Origin: Azolla caroliniana
Lineage: Eukaryota > Plantae > Polypodiophyta
Direction: 5' to 3'
Assembly (NCBI GenBank): GCA_043228905.1
Contig: JBHGNT010000002.1
Span: forward strand, 12,028,001 to 12,092,000
Length of the DNA: 64,000 bases
The number at the start of each line of letters is the position of its first letter. Positions within the stretch are counted from its first letter, which is position 1. Below are positions 11,499 through 21,588 of this stretch, one piece after another. The translations under genes and the position numbers were made by a program. The notes beneath the pieces are model-generated. The model made no database searches. It worked only from the letters and a program-made list of their open reading frames with translations, and was not told the DNA's origin.

Positions 11499-12937
11499 CC
11501 TCGTTCACGCTATTTTTAGAAGCTTTTTATCTCCCATTTTTAGCTAAGACCCAACGACCTTCTAATCTTCATATCTCCCTCATCCGATCTTAAAATTAAG
11601 AGATTTAACAAGCCATAGAAAGCTCTCTTTCCAAGCTTTCTAACCCATATTTAAACGTGATATTTGGATAAAAAACGAGGGAGTTATGACCATTCCTTTT
11701 TTACTGTTTTTTATGGTCCACTTTTTCTCTTTGTACTTTTCTCTTGGTCTCGTACTTTAACTTTTGACTTCTTCCTAAGGTCTTGGTTCGTGTTCTTAGC
11801 CTCCAAATGTGAATTATCCATACTTTATATTCTTCTAATGTTCAATGGCTTAAATTCTAAAAACACTTTCACACATAAGAGACTCAAGGTCACGGCATAC
11901 TAATGAGCGCGGATTAGATCGCTTACAAAGAATACGATGGACACACTACGGAGTCGGCTACAACCGATTCACAATTTCTTCTGACATAGACCAAACGATA
12001 TGTAGGTATAGATATATAAAGATGAAACACATAGGAATTACCCACAAAGTATATAGGTTCATTCGATTGATGTAACATACAAGTACAGATATGGGTACCG
12101 AATAGAATTAGTAAACACTCACTCACTCTTTACTAGTCTTGTTGAGAGTCAAACTCAACTTCCCATAGCAATAGGTTTCACACTAGCTCATGGACATACC
12201 ATGCTAGTTTTGTAAATAGTAGAAAGGGCACTTAACCTAGTTTGGTTGGTATCTAAACCAATCCCTTGTAACTTAGTTACTGTTGGAAGTATTTTGGTTA
12301 ATGTAACATACAATCTTTTATCTCTTCCCTCTTTCTGGTGCACTAAAAAAAAAAGCTTCCACAAGTATTAGCAATTGATAGCTTTTTCGTGAATAAAGAT
12401 AGAGTCCCATTCTACACGTTCGGCGAGCGTAACAATGCAAATCGTAGTAGAAAGAAAATCCGTTAAGAGCTTATTTTAAGAAGAAGAGGGGCGGGGATTG
12501 AATAAGAAAAGATTTATATTTCTTCTCTCATACTCTTATACCCGAAAAGGGGAGATAGGAAATAAATAAATAAATCATGTATCAAAACAAGTCCATTATA
12601 TTGATGATTTAGTAATAAAAACTTTCCATATTTCTTCTCTTATGCTCTCTTATTTTAAACATTGCTTATGTATAAAGATAATTAAGTGTCATTCATACTC
12701 CCGTAATCTAAGCTTTTCTTACTTATTAGCATTATTAAGTATTATTCAATCTCACATAATCTCCTACTCAAAGATTTGCTTATGCATAAATGTAATTAAC
12801 TATTATTCGATCTCTTATACTACCAATTTACTCTTATTAGAGGGAAATCGCTTGTCTTTAAGCCTAAAATACATTAAGTGTTAAGCCCTAAATCCTTCTC
12901 GTCCAGAACCCCAGTGGTTCCACCTCACGATCCGTGC

Positions 12938-15900
12938 TTATTGGCAGATTTTCACGAGATAGTACACCATATCCGACCATGTCCGAGTCTTGGCCTTCTT
13001 CTTCCGGTCAACTCTGTCCTTCTTGACTCTGCCACTGCTGCCGCTTATTCCGACTTGTTCGGATGTGTCAACTTCCTTTGTCGACTGGGCTCCTTTCTTC
13101 TTCTTGTTTCCCCCTTTGTCGGTTCTTCCCTTACCAGCACAATCGACAGTCTCTTTGCCTTTGCCCGTTCCTGTTCTCCCCCTCAAGTGTGGCACGTCGA
13201 GATGTTGAACACCAAGCATTTCGGTGAAGTGCTACAACTTGTCCGATCCAAGCGGTTTGGTGAAGATGTCGCCAACTTGCCCATCCGTATGAACATACCG
13301 AAGTTCTACTTCACCGCTCAGGACCCGCTCACGCACAAAATGATAATGCACTTCTATGTCCTTTGTGCGAGCATGGAACACGGGGTTCTTGGCAAGCTGC
13401 GTGTTGCTCATATTGTCGTAGTAGATCAGGATCGGGATCGGTACCTCAATCCGTAGGTCTTGCAGCAATCGCCGAAGCCAGATGGCTTCATAGCTGGCGA
13501 CGATAGCGCCCCAATACTCAGCCTCAGTGCTTGACAAAGCCACTGTTGGCTGCTTTTTGTTGCTCCACGCAACAGCCGCGCTACCTAGGGAAAACATGTA
13601 ACTGGAGGTGGATCGGCAATCCGATGCATCGTCGGCCCAGTCGGCATCAGTGTAGCCGACTAGCTCTTTGGTTATACCATGTCGGTATAACAATCTCCGT
13701 TCCTTCATGCCGCTCACATACCGGAGTATTCGGTGTGCGCACTGAAGTTGCTCTACGGTTGGCTTCTACATGAATTGGCTAATCAAACCGACCGGATAGC
13801 TGATGTCGGGTCAGGTGATGGTCAAGTATATAAGGCTTCCGACAATTTGTCGGAACCGTTTCTCATCGCAAGCCCATCCGGAGTCAGGACGGAGCTTCTG
13901 GTTCCGGTCCAGGGGTGTGGAGATCGGTCGGCATTTCGTCATGCCGAACTTGTACAACATATTCAACACATAGTGTCTTTGTGAGAGCAATATGCCGTCG
14001 GGGGTTCGGATCACCTCGATCCCAAGAAAATAACGAAGGTCCCCCAAGTCCTTCATCTCAAATGCGTCTGACTCGACTCGACTGATTTCATCAAGTCCGG
14101 GTCCGGTCATGACTAGATCATCAACATACAACAAGATGCAAACTGAACCGTCTGAACCTTGCCGGATGAACAACGAAGAGTCATACTTGGAGGCCGCAAA
14201 CCCCATCTTACGCAACCGGTGTGTAATCATGTCATTCCAAGCTCGGGGGGCTTACTTCAAGCCATAAAGTGACTTCTTCAGCCGGCATACTGCGGACTTG
14301 TTCATCTCCGTCTGGAAACCGGGAGGTTGGGTCATAAAGACCTCTTCTTCTAGATCGCCTTGAAGAAATGCATTATTCACGTCCATCTAGTGAACATGCC
14401 ACCCCCTTGCCGCAGCAACCGCCAGCACCACACGAACCTTCGTCATCTTCGCTACCAGAGCAAAGGTCTCATCGTAGTCGATTCTGTGGGTCTGCGCTTA
14501 TCCCTTCGCCACTAATCGGGCCTTGAACCGGTTAACTGAACAGTCGGCGTTGTACTTTACCTTGTACACCCACTTGCATCCGATCGGTTTACAGTGATAG
14601 GGAGGGTCAACCAGGTCCCATGTCTCGTTGGCATCAAGTGCCTGCACCTCTTCTTCCATAGCGGCATGCCAATGTGCGTCCTTTGCCGCTTCTGTGTAGC
14701 TCTCTGGCTCACGCACTTCCGCCACCTTGGTCATGTACACATAGTGATGCGCCATGTACTCATTGTACCCGTACCACTTAACAGGTTCCTTCTGGCGGGT
14801 TGACCGGCGTAACCCACCGTTACCCGGTTTGAGGCCCTTCTTGGCCGGTTCGGTCTTCGGTGCCGAAGAACCATCATTTTCCTTTCCGGAGTCGGATCCG
14901 CTCTGATCCGACTCATCATTACCGGTTTCATAATCTGGCATCTTCTTCTTCCCCTTCTCTTTGCGCGTGAACCGTCTCCTCGGTTCCTTGCGCAGGGAGA
15001 GCACGGCAGAGTCTTCACTACTCGTCGGTTCCTCTTCTGACTGGTCGGATTGACCCAATCTCTCATTCGGCCCACTCAACCGAAACGATTCCGAACTCTT
15101 TTCTTGAGTCCCGGATTCATCATCTTCTATCTAGACCGGTTCAGGCTCACTAGCCCCATCCTCCGGTATCGGGTCAGGGTCGGAAGTCAAAACCAGTAAG
15201 GAATACCATGATGCCGTCTCATCAAAGTCAACATCCCGGCTAACTCGGACCTGCTTCGTCCGGGGGTTATAACACTTATACCCCTTTTTCTCATGCTAGT
15301 AACCGACCAGGATGCATTTCTCCGACTTTGGATCCAACTTCCTCTGCATCTCATCCGGCACATGCACATATGCAATGCTACCGAATATCCAAAGGTGTCG
15401 CAAATTCGGCTTGCGCCCGAAATACAGCTCATGTGCAGACACCTTGTCACCGATCCGGTTTTGGATATAAACAATCGTCTGGACAGCCTCCACCTAGTAG
15501 AATTTGGGCATGCTCTTCTCCTCCAGCATCGCCCTTACCGCGTCGATAAGCGATCGGTTCCTCCTCTCGGCTACACCGTTCTGTTCCGGTGTGTATCTGC
15601 AGCTGAACTCTCGCCGAATTCCTGTTTGCTACAGATAACTGTTGAATTGGCCGGAAAAATATTCTTTTCCGTCATCCAACCATAGGCACTTGATCTTCCT
15701 CTTCGTTTCTCGTTCAATCAAGCTTTGCAGGTTCCAGAAACACTCGAAGACTTCGCTCTTCCGCTCAATGAGGTAGATCCATGTGTGCTAGCTGTAGTCG
15801 TCGACGAAGGAGACGAAATATCGACTCCTGCCAAGACTCACGTTCTGTGCCAGTCCCCATACATCCGAATGAATAAGGTCGAGCTTGTTATAGCTAAAGG

Positions 15901-17397
15901 TTTCGTTCGGTGGGGAATGGAAGCCGGTGTTGCTTCCCGAGTTGGCAAGCTTCACATATTTGGGCCTTCCGGCCACTGAACTTCGGCAAACCGAAAACAA
16001 CTTGTTTCGTTTACAGGTCTTGAAGCCTCCGGTAATTGACGTGTCTGATCCGCTTGTGCCAGAGATCAATATCTGATTCAATCTTCTATCCTTTGGCAAT
16101 AAAGCGGTGCCGATGTCATTGGTGTCGAGGATGCACATCCTCCCATCTCTACGCCCTTGCGCAATAATCTGGCCCTCTTCCTCGATGAAGCACCCGAGGT
16201 GCGTAAACCACACCTGCATCCCGTGGTCGACTATCTGTCCAACCGACACCAGGTTCTTCGTGATGGACGGAACGTGTAATACGTTCATTAGCTTCCCCCT
16301 CTGTCCGACGTGGCTCAAAGGGACTTCTCCGATATGCACGATTGGGTGAGGAGTGTCGTCTCCAGTTTCGACAACTCCCGGTTGTTCCAGTTTCTCCAGG
16401 AAGGAGAACCACTCTTTGTGGCTCATCATGTGATTCGACGCACCGGAATCCACATACCATACTTCCTCCGATTTGGAAGTGGTCTTCTTCATCAAATTTG
16501 CCTCGTGCTTCATCACCAAGGCTAGCCCCTTACCGGTCTTCCCGGTTTCGGATCCTTTCGATCCTTGTGCGTAGTGCGAGCTTTGCTGGTTCTCTCGACC
16601 GGTTTTGCCGGATCCAGATCTGTCCGAATCGGCACGCTTCTTCTAGCACTCGCTTTCTCTGTGGCCCTTTTTGCCACAATACCAGCATTCCGTGGCAGAT
16701 TTGTCTTGCCGACCTCCGGCGCCACCTTGACTTCCCCTGCTTGTGGAAGTCCCGGAACTGTTGTCGGCACGTTCTCTATGCCATCTTTCCTGCTCTTGCC
16801 GGCCGCCTCCAGTGCATGCCGACCCACCTCGTCCCCCACACCCACATGGCCTATCCACCTCCGTGTACAGCATCCGGTTGTCTGATTGAGTGGTCCTGGA
16901 CCCACTCGCGTGGTTTTCATCGACCATCAGCATCGATTGCAAGTCGAAGAAGGTCGCTGTTCAGATTGGCCCGTACCTTTGCGCTAGACCACCAAGGCAG
17001 ATTTGTACCATTTCGTCTTTGTCCACCGTCACGTTGATGGACCCGAGCGCGTCGCAAATCTCCTTTATTTTGGTGGTGTAGTCCGTAACCGACATATCTC
17101 TTTGTCGAATGTTGTTCAGCTCTTTGCCAGAGCTGCAACTTACGGGTTGTGGTACTTGCGGCGAAAATCTTACCCATATTTTCCCAGGCCTCCTTTGGCG
17201 TCTTTGCATCCCGGATGTAGCCGAGCATCTAGTCGTGCACACAAGACGCGAGGCAGTATAATACTCGGCTCGCTCCTTGCTCCCATATCGGGAAGTCCTT
17301 GTGTCTAGGCTCTGGTGCTACCTCATTCGTTCCTTAAATGAAACTCCAATACCCATGCCCCAATAGGTATTGGTGCATTTTGTATGACCAGGACGCG
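12938..17397 (-). pseudogene. Copia gag-pol with multiple stops and frameshifts
   Basis: ORF fragments 16917..17242, 15788..16519, 15296..15493, 14498..15079, 13811..14230, 13232..13717, 12938..13219 in gag-PR-IN-RT-RH order. Confidence 0.92.
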
Positions 17398-17888
17398 TGT
17401 TAACCGTTCTACCGAAAACACCTTCGATATGCCTACAAGCTATCGGTATCAAGGGAAGTGTAATCGTGAAGACTGGTTCACGGAGGTGTCTTTAGGGGGA
17501 GAACACGGAGAGCATACTTGGAATAGAGCCCGGGTCGTATACGTAATTGAGACCTTAAAAGCGACGACACATAAATGAAAACAACAAGAGCTATAGATAT
17601 GTATTACTGCAATAGTTAGCGATGATTACAAAAGAACACAGCCCACAGCCGGTTGCCTTACAAAGCTCTTATAACTATGAACCGACCTCCCTAGACTCTG
17701 GATATCTCCCTCCTGCTGAGATACCCTAAACCCTCGGTTTATATACTTCTTTTCCTTCATACAGCGTCGAGCGGTCGGCTGACTGTGAGGCTCGAAACTC
17801 GGCATTTTACCTAATTCTCCCTTACCTACTCGTCTTACTTCCGGCGTATTATATTTAACTAATTTCTATTTTTGTCCTATGGACAACA
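17398..17888 (-). repeat. 3' LTR (491 bp) of gypsy element
   Basis: TGTTAACC...GGACAACA; matches 27280-27687; TATATAAA on the minus strand near 17738-17745. Confidence 0.93.
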
Positions 17889-17890
17889 CC

Positions 17891-17932
17891 TGGCACGCCC
17901 GTGGGACAGGACTTTGTCCGTCGGACCCACGG
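17891..17932 (-). other. tRNA-Arg 3'-end-like structured sequence (inverted PBS) at the PPT position
   Basis: Element sense reads CCGTGGGTCCGACGGACAAAGTCCTGTCCCACGGGCGTGCCA-GG-TGTTG(LTR); no purine tract present. Confidence 0.75.
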
Positions 17933-18003
17933 TTCACCATGGATTTAACAAAACCACACGAATTACAAAAATGGCTCGTTCCTACGGGGCTTAGAGGTTG
18001 GTC

Positions 18004-21000
18004 TTATTCTTCTTCCAATATGCCGAGGATATCCTCAGGGGCGTGGGGTTGGGTTGGTTGCTCGGCCAGTGGGGTTGGTGATGGGGGTGGTGTTGCCGAG
18101 TTGGGGATGGCGGTGTCGGCGTGTGTGCCCTCCTCTGTTGGGACCGATGCAGGCAGGGTCGGGGTTATAGTATGTGGCTCCGGTGGGATGTGGATGTTGA
18201 TAGGAGCAGACTCCTCCGGTCTAGTTGTCGTGGGGAGTGACTCGGTTCCTTGCTCGGTGTTTGTGGGAGCTGTGTAACTCCCGGTAGCGAGTCGTTCTTC
18301 CTCGTATGCTTCGGCTTCTAAACGAAACGCCATTAGATCGTCGTTGAATTCCTCCAAGAGTTGCTCGATGGCCGCGGTGGGGGATGTTGCCAAGCTATGA
18401 TATTCTTCCGTTAAGTCCTCACGAGGGTATGGATCCTAGTGTCATCCATCTTGTAAAACCCTCGGCCCTCCTTCCGTCGGTTCTCGGCATCCGCACGTAG
18501 TATGTGTAGGTCCGCGGCTTGGGTTGACCACTCCTGCAAAACATGGTCAAGCATTTCTTTGATCTTCGTGGTGAATTGTTGGTGATACTTCTGGATTAGG
18601 GTTTTGATTTTGGTATCGTCCATGCCGATGCTCGCGCGGTGAACTTCCAGTGCCTCCCTTGTGGCCTTGGCTTCTGCTTGGCTTTTGCGGGCGAAGAGTG
18701 CTAACGTAGCTTGATTATCTTTTGCTTTTTCCATGATGAGCGCGATGGTCTGCTCATAACGATTGGTCAGCTGTGCTACAGTTTCGTCCCTTTCCAGTTG
18801 CCAGGCGTCCCGGTGTTGTTCTTTGACGGCGATGTGCTTAGATTGCAACTAGTGATATGCATCGGAAATTTTCGCTCATTGCTCCTCCGAGATCCTCCAC
18901 TTCTGCATATGTTCATTGGCCATGTCTTGAAAGGCTCGTTGATGACGGCGTAATTCCTGGTTGTCGGCGAAGAGCTCTTGTTCCCGTTGGCTATTCCGCT
19001 CAGTTTCTTTGATGAACCAATCCTTAGCCTTAGTGATCGAGACTTGGAGGGTCATCACCGCTCGTTCTCATGCTTCAAGCGCGGCCAACCTTTCAGCAAG
19101 CAAGCACTTGAGGTTCGCTTCGCAGCTCACAGCTTGTTCTCATTGCTGATCAAGAATGTTGTTGTGATTCTATTCGGCCATTTCGGCCAACGCAATCTGG
19201 GCTTGAAGCTCCTCCTGGTGGTCCCTAAGGGGAGGCCCTATCTGGGTTGCCGCTTGCTGGAGTTGTGCCGAGGACTCCTTGTCTGTCTGTGTCGCTCGTT
19301 CCATGACTTCCGGAGGTGGTGGCGTTTCTGTCCAGGCGTGGCTGGTTTGGGGGTGCAGGCTGATATCTGCCCGTGACGATGGCTCACTTGCCTGTACCGA
19401 GTCTGTCATTGTGTTGGCGTCGGTCGTGGCTACCGTGGGGTGGGCGGTGTCATCTTTGTGTGCTACAGTACCTTCAGCACTCGGGCTCGGGTTCGGAAGA
19501 GTGGCTGGTGAGACAGCTTCACTCGGTGCAGGGAGGATTAAGGGCGGTTGTTGCTGCGTGAGTGTCGCTAGTTTCTCCTCGGCGACTTGCCATAGGTCGG
19601 TAGTCCGTTTGGCTTGCTGATGCGCCGTTTTGATACGTCGGGCCATGTCCTTGGCTGCCCGAGTAGTGTGGTGTAGATTGCGATATGCCTCGACTAAGGC
19701 CATGTTCAGATCCGGTAGTTCCATGAGAAGTGAAGCATTCTGGAATTGCTTCTTCCGTCCCATCTTTTGTAAGGCTCGATCCTCATGAGGTTTGATTTCA
19801 CCCATTAGTGCGTGTTGGATCATCTTTGTTTCGGCGTGCTCCTCGGCCATACAAGCGGCGGCAGCTACTTGGGCGCGCGTGAGGAAATCCATTAACTCGT
19901 AAGTTGTGCCCAGTCGAAGTAGGGCACTGAATTCGTATGCCTCCGCGGGGAGATCTTTGTACCCGAGGACTTCCTCCTCTGATATCTGCGCGGTTTGGCC
20001 ATGCTCAATCATTCCGACTTGGAGCCATGTCATTCCGACTTGGATCCATGAATCTGCTGGTACTATGTTCATGGACGGGGGGCTAGCCTCTTTTAATTTC
20101 TGCCCCTGGTCGCCTTTGGTTTCTGTGGTTGCCTCTCGAATGATACAACGTCTTTTTGGCGGCTGGTCCTGCGCGTCCGAGGCCGGTGGTGTTGGCTCCT
20201 CGGCCTGTTTCCTCTTCTACTGCCGGATGACCGAGGGCTGCTGGTTGGTGGGTCGTGGGCTCAGTTGAGGAGAGATCATTGATGTCCTTGGTGGCCTCTG
20301 GCGTATGGTGACATCCTTGGGGGTGGCCTCCTCAGCCTCATCCCATTCGACACAGGTTACTGCCACCGCCCGTTATCTTTGTGTTTTTGGTGGGGGTGGG
20401 GCGGAGGCGGAAACGGGGTGCCGAACACCTGCGGGAGGTGGAGAAGACGAGGATTCTTCCCATTCTTCCTGAGTTATCTCCAAAATCTGCCCGTGTTGTT
20501 TCCGTGGTGGTGGCAGAGAGATCAGGGTGCGACGAGGGGAAACCGAAGGAGGTGGGTAGAGAACTGTAAGGAAGTGGTTGATCACAAGCAACAGACGCTT
20601 ACCAGTTTGGAAGGATTCGAGTGAGGCCCGGATTCCTTCGCCTGTGATGATTCCCCAGTCGATTTTGTTTCCCTCGTAAGCACTGATGATGATTGTCGCT
20701 TTGCTCTGTGGCATACTGGTAGGGTTGGTATGCACGAATGCATACTCCATCAGGATGCGAGTGAGTTCCCCGAATGCCTTGTTGGATCCACCGTAGGTGC
20801 AGTAGGCTTTACCAAATATAGAATACGCACCAAAGTATTCCTTCAGGGTCGTGGAAGGGGGAATCTCGACCTCATGGTCACCTCCTCGTTTCAAGTCCAA
20901 GGCAGCACGAATCATATTGTTGGTGACTGTGTCTGGGTGGATTCGTCATGCGACCGCTTGGGCATCAGGGTGCACAAGGGCATCAATCACCTTTAAATAA

Positions 21001-21059
21001 CCACCCAAGACTCATTCCTGAAGCCAGGAGCGGGTTTCTTGTGAAGTTGCAAGAGGCAT
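18004..21059 (-). pseudogene. Extra ORF (~1000 codons) downstream of pol: globular N-domain, Pro-rich linker, coiled-coil region, Pro/Thr-rich tail; function unknown
   Basis: ATG at 21059 and ORFs 20373..20915, 19170..20072, 18876..19058, 18411..18848 share one frame, broken only by stop codons; 18004..18393 is frameshifted. Confidence 0.8.
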
Positions 21060-21588
21060 ATTGGACTCGGGGTTCCGCTATGGGGAAGATTGGGGAAGGA
21101 GGATTCGACCAAGCTGAGACAGAGTGAGGGAAAGAGATGGTGGTGGTGCGGCAGCGGGGCTACGAGGGCAAGAGAGGGCTTGTGAGCAAGAGCGGTGGGA
21201 GCGATGAGCGTACTAAAAGCGAGAGGAAGCTTGAGAGCATGGGAGCGATGAATGTTGGGTGTGCAAGAAAACGTCTGTGTGTGGAGTGGGCTTGGGGTAA
21301 CTGGTTTTTAGCGAACGCCTAGGGTTTTGTGCATGAAGAGGAGCCTGGAGATTCTTGGGCGTGGATACCATAATAGGATATTATGGCCATGTGTCCTAGG
21401 GAGTTAGTGCTTCGCCTTGGATGTTGTGCATGTGCCTTTAAATACTTAAGTGAATGTGAAAGTGGCTAATGTGTGTCCCTAACCTGACGTGATTTGGGTG
21501 AGGTGGTAGGTGGTGTGGGTGGAACTAACTAATTGCTAAAACTATGCCTAATCCTACCTAATGTCTACTTTGGAATGCTGGTGGGCTC

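Larger units (their letters stand above)
7120..11962 (-). mobile_element. 3'-truncated non-chromoviral Ty3/gypsy element (5' LTR from 10218 to ~11962, PBS, gag, protease, RT N-half); relative of 17398-27687
   Basis: MNPNYVAKVKEEIDKLL...SFIDGFSGYNQI (7147..7470), protease INDGGSGVNVI near 8240-8270, gag 9623..10033; LTR edge TGTTAC at 10218; far LTR end uncertain. Confidence 0.85.

Noticed and set aside
10862-11593. 243-aa ORF and similar ORFs at 2897, 35883-36398 and 40624-41155
   Set aside because: Translations of LTR tandem repeats
17891-17960. A tRNA gene
   Set aside because: Only 3'-end and T-arm similarity; no D-arm, anticodon arm or 5' acceptor strand
18004-21059. Retroviral-type env gene
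   Set aside because: No signal peptide or convincing transmembrane helix; NLS-like and coiled-coil features instead
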